A DNA stretch of 61,919 nucleotides from a virus (taxonomy: Duplodnaviria; Caudoviricetes): positions 1 to 61,919 of IMG/VR virus record IMGVR_UViG_3300048574_000485; one strand, 5' to 3'. Below are positions 24,823-35,000 of the stretch, piece after piece (positions within the stretch are counted from its first letter, which is position 1; each line of letters opens with the position of its first letter). The notes under the pieces are model-generated. The model was not told the origin of the DNA. It saw only the letters and a list, made by a program, of their open reading frames with translations, and did not search any database. Position numbers and translations under genes: made by a program.

Positions 24823-27582
24823 TTAGTCCTTCAAGAATGCAGTCCCTGCTCCGAACTTCCCGCCCTCCTCGTCGTACTTGAAATCAAATTCCCTGCCGTC
24901 CGGGTGTTCGCCACTGGCGAACTTCACTCCGGTTTTCAGAAGGATCTCTTGCTGGTTGATCCCCTGGACGATCGACGACAGGTAGGCGATGACGCCGCGA
25001 TTCTGGGAGTCGATGATCTTGGTATGTCGAATATCGAGGGTGAGCTCGGGCTGGCCGATGCCGGGCAGCTTGGGCGGATCCACCGGTTTTGGGTAGCGAA
25101 GCCGCAAGTTGACCTTCGGACGGCTCCTTACCGACAGCTCGGCATAGGTCGTAGAGTTGACGACCGGCTGGGCCTGGAATCCACGGTCGCTAGGATGCCT
25201 GTCGCCCCAGTCGCTCCTCGCTCGGTAGACCACATTGGGACCGCCGACGAAAACCACGTCACCGTCGGAGATCGTATCAGTCGGCCCGACCGGCAGCTCG
25301 CCCCAGGCCTCCGCACCGATGCCGCCGCCACCTGCACGCCCCTCGGCAACCTCCTCTGCGGTCGGAAACGCCAGCGACGGGTCAACATTAGCAGGCCAGA
25401 AAAACGGATAGGTCTCCATCTTTCCCGCCTTGACGGGTGCCAAGCATTCAAACTCGATGGTCTGATCCGAGGAATCGTAGCTGGCTTTCTCAATGACCGC
25501 TTTGATGTCGCCGTTGGCCACATAGTTGCGGATGCCGAACTGCAGGAGTACGGTGTCAAAAGTCTCCAGGTTCAGCTTGTTGAGGAACGTCCTGAATCGA
25601 ACACGCTTCCAGGTGTTCGCCAGCCGGATCAGCCAGAACGTGGCGACCTTCTGAATGATGTCGGGCTGGTTGTAGATGTAGAAGTCGAACTCCCGCTCAT
25701 GCGTGCCGTACCGTGCGACGTTGTGCCTGAAGATCATCTTCTCGGGCTCTTCGGCTGCGTAGCTGAGCCGCCACGTCACGACCATCTTGGTGCATAGATC
25801 CTCAGTTGAAGTCAGCTCCAGCTCGATACCTACCTCAGAGTCCATGTCGCTGAGCGTGATCGAATCATCCGCGGTCGGCTCTTCGGCCAGATACTTGAGG
25901 TAGACGACCCCATTACTGATCCAGACGGCGCAGCGGGCCTGGAAGGCAATATCCTTGAGCACCTCCACGATGTTGCGGCGATCCAAGATCGGGAAGTTGG
26001 CTGGAAACACTGCAAGCTTTTCCCGTACAGCCGCGAATGAGACCTCGTCGCATTCCAGATCGCTGTAGGTGTCGACCAGGTAGCGGACAATGTCCACGAT
26101 GTTCGGCCCGATGGTCGATTCATAGGTCACATACAGATCGTCTTCCCAGCCCTGGTCCACGATGGACGAGAGCGGTTTTCGCAGGACAATTTGCGTTGCA
26201 GGGATCGGCCCGTAATTCTTGACCTCGACCGTCCAGAGACCATCAGGGACGTTGCAGAGGTTCCGTACATGATTCAGGGTCTTATATGCTTTGACAGCCA
26301 GGACTTGGCCGGGGGTGATCGACACGATACAGGTGATCGGTTCGTCGCCCGCGACGGTCACGTTCGATCCCGAATCCGCCCAGAAGTGCTGGGCCACTTG
26401 ATCCGGTTGGGCCTGGTTGTTTTCCGTCTTAGTAATGATGAAGCCTTCCGACCGTACCAAGCAGGGATTGAGAATGTCGCCCTCGCCGCAGGGAACCTGA
26501 ACTGAATAATCGAAGGGGGTGTACTCGTACTCCTGTTGAATGCAGGTGGTCAGCCCCCGAAAGACATTCAGTTCCTCCTCGGCTGCCGCTTCGTTCTCGG
26601 GATGCCGGCGGCTGGAGATGTAGAACTGGTCATTCTCGAAATGTCCCGTGAATAGGCCCCCGCCGATGCTGAGAGTCAGGCCGGTGTTCTGAGGGAAGTC
26701 TTCGCCGCCAAGGATCCGCACCGGGTTGCAGCCTAGCCCCTCTTTCTCGGCATCACTGATGGTCGTGCGGCGGTCGTTGGCTGCACAGTTGTTTCGGGTC
26801 ATTTCCGCCGCGATAGCTTCCCCCATTTGCCTGCGGATCTGGTTGGCCTGATCCAGGTAGTCCGACGCCTTCACCCGGTCATAGGCCGACCAAGCAGCAG
26901 AGGCTCGGTTCAGCACTCCGATCTGATGTCCGCCCAAGGCCAGGGTCTTGGCCAATCCAGGACTGGGGCCGAGGCCTGCGGTCGCATGCTTGTCGGCTCC
27001 GCTCAGGATTCCAACCCCACAAAGGGAGGTCCCCGAGATTGCGTGATTCACCTGCAGGGCAGGGCAATCCAAAACCTTGCCGAAGATCATCGGCCACGCC
27101 TTGCCGACCAGATCCTTGGGCAGGTAGGGGAACTGACCTTCCTCGGCGCTGAAGCCGATTTCCTTGTCCTCCAACTGCGAAACCAGCGAGAAGGACACCG
27201 TGCGATCCTTCTCGCTCCAGATGACAGGCGAGCTGATCTTGCCCGAGAGGAGTAGGAAACGATCCGAGAGGGCCAGCCCGTCGAACCATTGGTACACTCG
27301 CACGTCCCGCTGGTGGACATCGTGGGTGTCCATGATCGCCTTGATACTGCCGTCGGTGTCGTCCAGGGTGATCGAGATCTCCTGGGAGTTGTTGCTCTGG
27401 GTCACGTCGATGACGTTGTCCAGGCCGCTCACCTCCACGATCCGGCCGAGGACTGATTCCACGGTTCGGTCGGCGTAGGACGTTGTGTCACCGGAGACCC
27501 AGTCCACCTCGATGATCACGATGGGCTCGGTGCCCATCTTGCTGGCCAGCTTGGCCAGCCCGCCAGCTGAGATACTACGCAT
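24823..27582 (-). CDS. tail tip / baseplate hub protein
   Basis: 919 aa, last gene of the tail operon; GKAWPMIFG, ARYGTHEREFD, LETFDTV resemble tail-tip motifs. Confidence 0.7.
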   Translation of the reverse strand: MRSISAGGLAKLASKMGTEPIVIIEVDWVSGDTTSYADRTVESVLGRIVEVSGLDNVIDVTQSNNSQEISITLDDTDGSIKAIMDTHDVHQRDVRVYQWFDGLALSDRFLLLSGKISSPVIWSEKDRTVSFSLVSQLEDKEIGFSAEEGQFPYLPKDLVGKAWPMIFGKVLDCPALQVNHAISGTSLCGVGILSGADKHATAGLGPSPGLAKTLALGGHQIGVLNRASAAWSAYDRVKASDYLDQANQIRRQMGEAIAAEMTRNNCAANDRRTTISDAEKEGLGCNPVRILGGEDFPQNTGLTLSIGGGLFTGHFENDQFYISSRRHPENEAAAEEELNVFRGLTTCIQQEYEYTPFDYSVQVPCGEGDILNPCLVRSEGFIITKTENNQAQPDQVAQHFWADSGSNVTVAGDEPITCIVSITPGQVLAVKAYKTLNHVRNLCNVPDGLWTVEVKNYGPIPATQIVLRKPLSSIVDQGWEDDLYVTYESTIGPNIVDIVRYLVDTYSDLECDEVSFAAVREKLAVFPANFPILDRRNIVEVLKDIAFQARCAVWISNGVVYLKYLAEEPTADDSITLSDMDSEVGIELELTSTEDLCTKMVVTWRLSYAAEEPEKMIFRHNVARYGTHEREFDFYIYNQPDIIQKVATFWLIRLANTWKRVRFRTFLNKLNLETFDTVLLQFGIRNYVANGDIKAVIEKASYDSSDQTIEFECLAPVKAGKMETYPFFWPANVDPSLAFPTAEEVAEGRAGGGGIGAEAWGELPVGPTDTISDGDVVFVGGPNVVYRARSDWGDRHPSDRGFQAQPVVNSTTYAELSVRSRPKVNLRLRYPKPVDPPKLPGIGQPELTLDIRHTKIIDSQNRGVIAYLSSIVQGINQQEILLKTGVKFASGEHPDGREFDFKYDEEGGKFGAGTAFLKD

Positions 27583-27976
27583 CCTCTACTCCCTCAAACT
27601 CAAGCGTAATCGTCTGAGTCTCCCCACGGGGCATCGGCCGGATCGCCGGGCCGCCCCTCGCCGTGGTTTCAAACTCAAACGGGTTGTTGGTGAAATGGCC
27701 GACCCAGACCCGGCCATGGTGGTCGACCAGCCGGATCCGGGAGGCGAAGTAGGACTGAATGAAGGCACGCAGCTCCAGTCCCTTGTTGCGAGTGAGTTGG
27801 AACGTCCATCGGAGCTTCCGCCGCCCCCCGCGCCTCTTGACGTAGGTGTAGCGGGTGCCGTCAATCGCGCGTTTGACGGTGATCTGATCTGTTAGCCCCT
27901 CAGAGTCCGAGAACTCGGGGTTAGGCAGAATGGCCACCGTCTGGCGCGCCGGGTAGGGCGATTCCAATCGAAACAT
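27575..27976 (-). CDS. distal-tail-like minor tail protein
   Basis: small beta-rich protein directly before the hub; RAIDGTRYTY, TLEFEG. Confidence 0.55.
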   Translation of the reverse strand: MFRLESPYPARQTVAILPNPEFSDSEGLTDQITVKRAIDGTRYTYVKRRGGRRKLRWTFQLTRNKGLELRAFIQSYFASRIRLVDHHGRVWVGHFTNNPFEFETTARGGPAIRPMPRGETQTITLEFEGVEDA

Positions 27977-27996
27977 GTCGCCACCGGTGCCTTTCG

Positions 27997-30900
27997 CTAG
28001 AAGTACGAGATGGACATTGGCCCCCAGTGGGTCCAGACGTTGTAGTAGCCATCATTGGTGCCGGCGTACAGGAATACCGCGACACCGGCATTGTTCGCAG
28101 GCATGGTTGTTGAGACGGTTGCGATCAACCGGTCGTTGATGTAGTACTTGACGCCTGACGGTGTCCACCTGATCCGATAGACATTCTGTGCCAGGATGCT
28201 CTCGGTGGTCTGGAGCACCGTCGCAGGGCCGACATTGTTGTTGGTGTACAAGGACCACTGATTTGGAGAGTCAGTGCCGGTCCAGTACCGAAAAGCGGCC
28301 ATGTGGGCAACCGGAATGCGGTTGTTAAGCCACGGGGTACCGGACTGATTGACCAACCCGAGCCAAACATTCGCATGGGGAGCCCAGTCGGATGTTATAA
28401 GCAGTCGGACACAGAAATCGGGTTCGTTGCCCCAAGACGCAAGTAACGGCAGATACGCCCAGCAGTACCCATTGGTAGCCATGTCGTAGAACTGTCCGTT
28501 GGGATCCGACACCTGCCGTGTCGACGGAGTCAGTGTCCCGCTATTTCCATACTGCCAGACGTAATGCCCAGTAGTGCTGGGCGAGTCCTTGTACCCATGA
28601 ACATAGTACCCTTGGACTCCGGACTCGGCGGCTTTCGGATGGCACAGAGTGAGTCGTCTTGGATAGTGGTGGTTTGTCGGTGTATCAAACCCCCAGACAA
28701 CGCCGTTCTTGTCGGTGTTCCTGAGCTTGGAGTCATCGGACCAGAGAGTCGCCAATCCGCCCATGTCAGGAGCCGCCAACGGGTCAGGGATTTGCAGGCC
28801 GTCCGAACTGAAGACTGCCCGCGTTTTCCCTCCGGTTGTGATTGCGACCTTATCGTCGGCCGGATGGTAGAGCCCTGTATCTGCATCGCTATAGAACGTG
28901 TAGCCAGGAGCCGCAGCCGTTCCAGCCTTCCCACTGAGTGGCACATAGCTAGTAACGTAGGTGCTGGAGACCGACAACGCCTGGGCGCCGCCGCAAGCTA
29001 CCGACAGCCCATCCGTCGTGTGACGGTAGATGCCGGTGTCGAGGTCGCTGAGGAACGTGTAAGCAGGGCTTGCAGCCGTTCCATCAATGTTCGCCACTTT
29101 GACACGGGGGACGATGTATGAGGCTCCGACATACAGTCTCTCGGTGCCGCCGCAAGTGAAGCCTAGAGCATCGGCACTGTTCAAGTACATGCCGGTGTTT
29201 GTGTCGCTCCAGAAGGTATGGCTCGGAGCCGTAGCGGTGCCGTTGTCTCCGTATACCGTGGTCGGAATCTCTCCGAACCAGATATCGCTGATCCGAATGG
29301 TGTTATCAACCCCGTTGTAATTGACCAGATGCAGGAATCGGACATAGGCTGTGGCATAACGAAAATAGCTGTAGCTGTCGGTGGTAGTGTCTGCTTGCGG
29401 CCCGCCAATGATGCCGGAATACTGTGTCCAAGTGTTGGGAGCACTGACGTTGCTTGCGGCAATGTACTTGTAGGAAGCAGAGCCCCAGCAATTCCGCACC
29501 TTCGTCCCAGCAGGCAAATTTGGCCCCGTCCATGCAGTACGCAGGGTGATCACGTTGCCAGAAATAGCACCAGGATCCCATAGGCCGGCAGAGCTGCCAC
29601 CCCAGGCATAATTCCTCGTGTAGGTGTAGTCAGGGTAAGTGTAACCACAGGCATTTGTATACGGATACCAAGCCATCTGCCGGTAATAGCTCCCGGCGAC
29701 ACTGCACCAGCCCGTGGCATCGGTCAGCGTGATCGCAGTGTCGCCCGTATTCAGAGGTGCGGCAAGCGTCGTGTCAGTTGACCCTGAATACTTGTTTACA
29801 TTCGGAGAATAGATCGGAAAGCCGTCGATGTCGTACTCAATGATGCCGATGTATTGTCTGTTCGTGGGAGCGTATCCGGTGCCGTCCGCGTTACCCGACT
29901 TTGCCCACAGCGACAGCCGGTATTTCCTGGTGGGATCAACTGGAATCAACTCGTCGTTTGTGCGCGTAGCGGATCCGCCGGAAGTCTTGAAGCTACCGTA
30001 ACCGCCATGTGTCTCAACTTGATCAAACGTGGCGTATGAAAAGTTGTAGTTCGACTTCATCCCGCCTGACCCATTGGTCAGAAGGTTCATGCCTCGGGAT
30101 TCGATATACTTGCGTGGAACCAGATAATCCCGTCCCGCGAAGGATGAGGGCGGATCGGCAGCCGCTTTGACTTGCCCAATGAATGTTGCTAAGCCGGTCC
30201 CATCGATAGTGACTACCGACGTGCCGCCGACCGTAATCCCCAGGACATCCGAGCTGGGCCGGTACAACCCGGTGTTCGGATCCGAGGTGAACGAGTAAGC
30301 AGGAGCAGATACCGTCCCATCACCGATCAGCAACGGAGTCGTGACACTTCCACCTCCACCGCTGATGTTGGTCGGCAGGTTGAAGGTGATCCCGGTGCTG
30401 GTAACTCTGAAAGCTTCGACACCGCCTACAACCAGGGCAATGGTGCCGTTGGCGGGGAAGTTCAAACCCGTGTTAGGATCATCAGTGTGGTAGAACGACG
30501 GGCGAGAATTCGTACCCGTCTGAGCACCTAAGGGCGTATAGACACTGGCCGCTGTCGGTGTGAAGTGGGCGAGCGAAGCACCGCCCCCTGCGATACCGAC
30601 AGAATTGGTGGCTGGCCGAAAGATGCCGGTGTTGGGCACGCCCGCGAAGCACAGCGACGGGACTGCAGCGGATCCGGTCGGGACGTTGAGGGGTAACAGA
30701 GAGCTGACTCGCGATCCAGACACGCTGAAGCCTGGAATCGAGACTCCGCGTGAGTCAACCGTGCCGAAGGTGAGAGTGGTACTGGCGGATCGAAGCCAAT
30801 TCCCGCCGAATCGCGTATCGAATTCGCCATTGACCGCGTTCCCGCCATACAGCTCGCCACCGAATACCACATAGGTATCAACGGAGCCTTCGGGCGTGTA

Positions 30901-31065
30901 CAGACCACCGATCCAGAGAGGGTGCGACGAGTCATTGATATTGGCCTTGATCAACGGCGCGGCGACACCAGTGTCAGCAGAGACGGTTCCCAGGTCCAGC
31001 CCGTCGTGATCTTGGAGTTGCTGGGTCTGGCCATTCACGATCTGCAACGGTCTGCGCAGGGTCAT
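27997..31065 (-). CDS. tail fibre / receptor-binding protein
   Basis: about six GT...P.Y.F.SD.NTG.Y...D.....GG repeats; Gly/Ser/Thr rich; aromatic-rich internal and C-terminal domains. Confidence 0.8.
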   Translation of the reverse strand: MTLRRPLQIVNGQTQQLQDHDGLDLGTVSADTGVAAPLIKANINDSSHPLWIGGLYTPEGSVDTYVVFGGELYGGNAVNGEFDTRFGGNWLRSASTTLTFGTVDSRGVSIPGFSVSGSRVSSLLPLNVPTGSAAVPSLCFAGVPNTGIFRPATNSVGIAGGGASLAHFTPTAASVYTPLGAQTGTNSRPSFYHTDDPNTGLNFPANGTIALVVGGVEAFRVTSTGITFNLPTNISGGGGSVTTPLLIGDGTVSAPAYSFTSDPNTGLYRPSSDVLGITVGGTSVVTIDGTGLATFIGQVKAAADPPSSFAGRDYLVPRKYIESRGMNLLTNGSGGMKSNYNFSYATFDQVETHGGYGSFKTSGGSATRTNDELIPVDPTRKYRLSLWAKSGNADGTGYAPTNRQYIGIIEYDIDGFPIYSPNVNKYSGSTDTTLAAPLNTGDTAITLTDATGWCSVAGSYYRQMAWYPYTNACGYTYPDYTYTRNYAWGGSSAGLWDPGAISGNVITLRTAWTGPNLPAGTKVRNCWGSASYKYIAASNVSAPNTWTQYSGIIGGPQADTTTDSYSYFRYATAYVRFLHLVNYNGVDNTIRISDIWFGEIPTTVYGDNGTATAPSHTFWSDTNTGMYLNSADALGFTCGGTERLYVGASYIVPRVKVANIDGTAASPAYTFLSDLDTGIYRHTTDGLSVACGGAQALSVSSTYVTSYVPLSGKAGTAAAPGYTFYSDADTGLYHPADDKVAITTGGKTRAVFSSDGLQIPDPLAAPDMGGLATLWSDDSKLRNTDKNGVVWGFDTPTNHHYPRRLTLCHPKAAESGVQGYYVHGYKDSPSTTGHYVWQYGNSGTLTPSTRQVSDPNGQFYDMATNGYCWAYLPLLASWGNEPDFCVRLLITSDWAPHANVWLGLVNQSGTPWLNNRIPVAHMAAFRYWTGTDSPNQWSLYTNNNVGPATVLQTTESILAQNVYRIRWTPSGVKYYINDRLIATVSTTMPANNAGVAVFLYAGTNDGYYNVWTHWGPMSISYF

Positions 31066-31080
31066 TGAATCTCTCCCAAA

Positions 31081-31121
31081 AACAAACCCTCCACCACGAT
31101 CCTATGACCGTGGTGGAGGGT
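31081..31121 (-). terminator. intrinsic terminator-like hairpin
   Basis: ACCCTCCACCACG/CGTGGTGGAGGGT followed by TTGTTTTT on the minus strand. Confidence 0.65.
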
Positions 31122-31137
31122 ATCAATCAGCACATCC

Positions 31138-31620
31138 TTACAGCTTGATCGGAGCTTCAATCGAGATCTCCAGCTCGGTGCTGGAGACCGCCGTGCCGAT
31201 CCGCACGACGAACTCGCCAGCGTTCGTCGGGGCCGTCGCGGTCAACTTTCCAGCGGTAGCAGCAGACAGCCAATAGACGGCACCAGGCGTAAGGCCGCCG
31301 GTCCCGCCAGCAACAGCGTCCCACTGGGTCGTCGTGGCAGAGAGAATGGCATCGGTCTGCACGTTCATGTTTGCTGCCGCCGCAGCGGACACGTCCGCAC
31401 AGAGACCGAGCACCTGAACGGTGCCCGAAGCGTTGGCTTGGGCCTTGTCTGCCTGACCGCCAGCCTTCACATACACAGGCGTCCCGATGACGATAGCGCT
31501 GGCGCTGCCATTCTGAACCTGAACAGCATCAGACGTACTAACCGGGGCATCGAGCGTGTCTCCAGCCTGGAGCTGCTCGATCTGGCCATTGGAAATCACC
31601 AAGGGCTTTTTCAGAGCCAT
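31138..31620 (-). CDS. small virion protein (decoration/fibre adaptor-like, 160 aa)
   Basis: AAAGGA RBS; MALKKPLVISNGQ; paralogous to the C-terminus of 31635-33866. Confidence 0.7.
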   Translation of the reverse strand: MALKKPLVISNGQIEQLQAGDTLDAPVSTSDAVQVQNGSASAIVIGTPVYVKAGGQADKAQANASGTVQVLGLCADVSAAAAANMNVQTDAILSATTTQWDAVAGGTGGLTPGAVYWLSAATAGKLTATAPTNAGEFVVRIGTAVSSTELEISIEAPIKL

Positions 31621-31634
31621 ATCAGAATCCTTTC

Positions 31635-33866
31635 TTACAGTCGGATGGGTGGCTCGATTTCGATGTCGAGCGAAAGCGGGGATATGGCACGTCCAACGCG
31701 GACGAGATAGTTGCCCGCCAGTGATGGAGGAGTGGAGGTGATGCGCCCAGGTTTGGCCGGGTCCAGGAAGTACACCTGTCCAGCGGCCAGCGTCGAGGTG
31801 CTCGCCACTAGCGACCAATCGTCGCGGGTGACCTTGCCCTCGGTGACGTAGTTGCAGGCAAAGCCTGCCAGCGCCTCGCTGATGGCAAAGCCAACAATCC
31901 CGGCCTTGGGCATCGCATCAGCCTGTGCCAGATTCGCGTGGCCTGTCGCGGCGAGGTAGATCGGGGTGCCGATCTGCACTGCCGCATCAACCTCGGCGTT
32001 GTAGAACGCAACGTCGCCAACTCCAACCATTTCATCCACGTAGGGATATGGGCCTTCGGGCCGAGGATCGCTGGAGGTGCGAGACACACCATAGAGCCGG
32101 GTCGGGATGACCTGCGGGTTCCAGGTCGGGTCCAGCTCGCCTTCAAACTCGATGCTCGCCGTGTATCGATCGGGTCCGTCGTGAACCACGGCTTCATCTG
32201 GATTGGTGATTACACCCCGCCAGTAGCGGTGCTCATGATCAATCAGGCCGATTTCCTGCCCCAGGTGGTCTTCCAGGAAGGTCAGAAGATCCCATGCTTG
32301 CTGCTGCAAGAGTGCGGAGAACGTGAGTACAAGAGTCTGGGGCTTAGGCCAGATCGGATCTGCGTAAATGACGAGCGTACCGCCGCGAGTCTCCCGGTTG
32401 ATCCGGTTGAATTGCAGCCGATCCTTGTTACCGAACTCTGGCGTTCGGAGCGTCACCGAGGCCTGGACCGCGCCCTCAGCCGGGTAGACCAGCTGAAATG
32501 GGGCCAGGATGCCGTCCATCGGGCCTGACAAGGTCGGGCTCGGGGGCGACGGAGCGTTCGGATCGGTGCTCTCCCCAACGAACGGGGTGTACTGATATCT
32601 GTTGCCGGGACTCTCAATGACGTAGACGGTGGACTGGTGAATCTCCAGGCCGACCAGAGGCTCGAAGCCGCGATCCACCGAGGCCTCGACCTCCTGGGCC
32701 AGCTCCAGCATGTTCTGGGGGCGCACCTGGACCAGCTCAACGGCCGCAGCATCTGAGAGCGATAGTCGGGCTACCGTAGCCTCTAGGTGGCTCAGACGGG
32801 CATTCTGATCGACTGCCAGTTCATCGCCAGCCGACAGGTCGGTGGCCCTGGGTTTGATGACGACCGCCTTCGCCTGCTGGACCATCTGCAGGTATTGCCG
32901 CAAGGCCTCGCCTTCCGACAGCCCATAAGCGGCAACGCCCGTCAGGCCTGACGACACGTCCACAAAATCCAACGCCGGCTCATCGTAGACCTCAGTGGTC
33001 TCGATCAGCTGGCTGATCGCGTCCACCCGATACGGACGGATCACGTTATGGCTGTCGGTGACCTCCAGTTGATTGGCTGCCGCCACCCCCCGGATATTGG
33101 AGGTGGCAACCTGGGCCAGTCTGATCTGCGTAGCAGGTAGATCAATACTCTTGCCAGGGCCGATCTCTCGCGGGTTGGACCGGGGGAACTGGTCCAGCTC
33201 AATCCGGCTAGCCGCGGACAGACGGATGAACCCCTCCTCGGCGAGTTGGGATAGGGCCAGGGTGCTGCTCGCGCGGATCGCTCGGATGGCGGTCGCGAGC
33301 TGAGCGAGCTCCAAGGCCTCGACCACCTGACGCCCGATGCTCCTGGTGTCAGCAAGGCTATCGAGCGACAGGCTGCTCTTGGCGGCGATCCGTATCGTGC
33401 CTCTGCGGGCCGGGGCCGTGGACAGCGTCACCGTGCTGGCTGCGAAGGCCAGCAGAGGCCGGCCGGCGTGCGGCCTGCCAGTCAGCTGGAGGGGCGACGA
33501 GGCCTGCACCGCCCTTGGCCCAGCGTAGGCCGTCGATGCCCCGAGAGCGAGGGTAGACCGGGCCGAGCCAGATTTGGGCCTGCCCTGGGGCGAGCCTCCT
33601 TGCGATAGCGTCAGACTGCTGGAAGCCGAGGCAGGCAAGGATCTGCCCGCTGCGGAGGCGCCCACACTGAGAATCAGAGCACTCGTTGTGGTTAGCTCAG
33701 ATGTCACTCCGTTGAGAATAGGAGCAAGCACCTCGACGTATTGCCGGGTCACCCGCGCGTTGCCGTCTCCAGGTGCAATGACCTCCGCGTACTGTCGACT
33801 GACGCGAGCCTGACCGGTGCCGGGGCTGAGGACTTCCAGGAATTGTCGGGAGACTCGCGAGGACAT
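31635..33866 (-). CDS. multidomain tail protein (repeat stalk + Dit-like domain + adaptor domain)
   Basis: RVSRQY.EV repeats, SS.L.L.Q repeats, two domains paralogous to neighbouring genes. Confidence 0.7.
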   Translation of the reverse strand: MSSRVSRQFLEVLSPGTGQARVSRQYAEVIAPGDGNARVTRQYVEVLAPILNGVTSELTTTSALILSVGASAAGRSLPASASSSLTLSQGGSPQGRPKSGSARSTLALGASTAYAGPRAVQASSPLQLTGRPHAGRPLLAFAASTVTLSTAPARRGTIRIAAKSSLSLDSLADTRSIGRQVVEALELAQLATAIRAIRASSTLALSQLAEEGFIRLSAASRIELDQFPRSNPREIGPGKSIDLPATQIRLAQVATSNIRGVAAANQLEVTDSHNVIRPYRVDAISQLIETTEVYDEPALDFVDVSSGLTGVAAYGLSEGEALRQYLQMVQQAKAVVIKPRATDLSAGDELAVDQNARLSHLEATVARLSLSDAAAVELVQVRPQNMLELAQEVEASVDRGFEPLVGLEIHQSTVYVIESPGNRYQYTPFVGESTDPNAPSPPSPTLSGPMDGILAPFQLVYPAEGAVQASVTLRTPEFGNKDRLQFNRINRETRGGTLVIYADPIWPKPQTLVLTFSALLQQQAWDLLTFLEDHLGQEIGLIDHEHRYWRGVITNPDEAVVHDGPDRYTASIEFEGELDPTWNPQVIPTRLYGVSRTSSDPRPEGPYPYVDEMVGVGDVAFYNAEVDAAVQIGTPIYLAATGHANLAQADAMPKAGIVGFAISEALAGFACNYVTEGKVTRDDWSLVASTSTLAAGQVYFLDPAKPGRITSTPPSLAGNYLVRVGRAISPLSLDIEIEPPIRL

Positions 33867-33877
33867 CGTCAGCCTCC

Positions 33878-34927
33878 CTACACTTTCACGCCGAATTCAG
33901 CCGCGTTGAGACCGGCGATCGTCCAGGCCGCTCCGGTGGCAGGGTCCAGCTCCGCAATGCGTCTTTTGGTGGCGTAGGTAGTCGTCCCGATGGGGCTCGC
34001 AACACCGTCGTCCTGAGAGACGCCCGACCGCACGACCTGCATCAGATTGAAGGTCGTTGCGTCGGTCTCGCGTGCATCGGTATTGATCTGGATACCTTTG
34101 ATGTCATCGAGCACACCGGCCAGAGCATCGTAGCGATACAAGTCGAGTTGCCCCGCCGTGGCCGTTTCGATGTACGTCGCGTCGTCGTCGACAACGGATT
34201 CGGATACCATGGCCGCATTATCGGTGCCGCTTGAAGGTGCCCATCCGGAGGCTGTTGCCGAGGATGGCCGCAATGCGGTGACCTTCATATTGCCGAGGAA
34301 CGAGTTGTTCGTTGCACCGCTTCCGTCGAGACAATAGAAGTCATCGAATGTGAAGTAGACATCGACGTTACTGGACCCAGAAAGCTGGAACGCGCTGTAG
34401 TAACCCGACATGCCGGCCTGCGTTTTGGCCGACCCGCTCAAGACGGTCTCGCCGTCGATCCGCATCTCATACGTGCCAGGATTTCCCCAGGTCGCCTTGA
34501 GCTCGATGTAATGCCAGACGCCCGTGCCGATTGTATGCCCCACCGTTCCGCCGATGTACGTGCTGCCGCAGTAGAGCAGTACTTCGCCGCTATTTGCGAG
34601 CCGTAGTTGGACGCTCTCTGTCGACCCTTCATAGAAACTCATGAACGAGTTGGATGACCCAGGCGTCGTCACCGCCGTCGAATCGAGTTTCACGCCGCAT
34701 CCAGCAACCATCGTAGGACTGGTTGTCAGAGCATGTGATCGAATGCTGCAGAGGCCGGAGATCCCTTTGAGTCGCAACGCATACCCTCCGGTCCTCCCTG
34801 CAACGACGCTGGCATATCCGGTGTTCGTAGTTACGTTATACTTGCGTGCGAGGGCATTCGACGGGGACACCCCAGTGCCGACCGTCGTACCATACCCCTC
34901 AAACCCATCGATCCAAAGCAATGCCAT
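33878..34927 (-). CDS. virion structural protein with lectin-like beta sandwich
   Basis: WIDGFEGY, WHYIELK, MRIDG, FDDFY, DPATGAAWT. Confidence 0.6.
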   Translation of the reverse strand: MALLWIDGFEGYGTTVGTGVSPSNALARKYNVTTNTGYASVVAGRTGGYALRLKGISGLCSIRSHALTTSPTMVAGCGVKLDSTAVTTPGSSNSFMSFYEGSTESVQLRLANSGEVLLYCGSTYIGGTVGHTIGTGVWHYIELKATWGNPGTYEMRIDGETVLSGSAKTQAGMSGYYSAFQLSGSSNVDVYFTFDDFYCLDGSGATNNSFLGNMKVTALRPSSATASGWAPSSGTDNAAMVSESVVDDDATYIETATAGQLDLYRYDALAGVLDDIKGIQINTDARETDATTFNLMQVVRSGVSQDDGVASPIGTTTYATKRRIAELDPATGAAWTIAGLNAAEFGVKV

Positions 34928-35000
34928 CGGGGGTGCTCCTTAGTGAACGAACGGCTGGGCCGGGACAAGCCCAACCCAGCCATTCCGAGGGAGAGAGTCG

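Noticed and set aside
27997-31065. Diversity-generating retroelement targeting the fibre
   Set aside because: No reverse transcriptase or template/variable repeat pair seen
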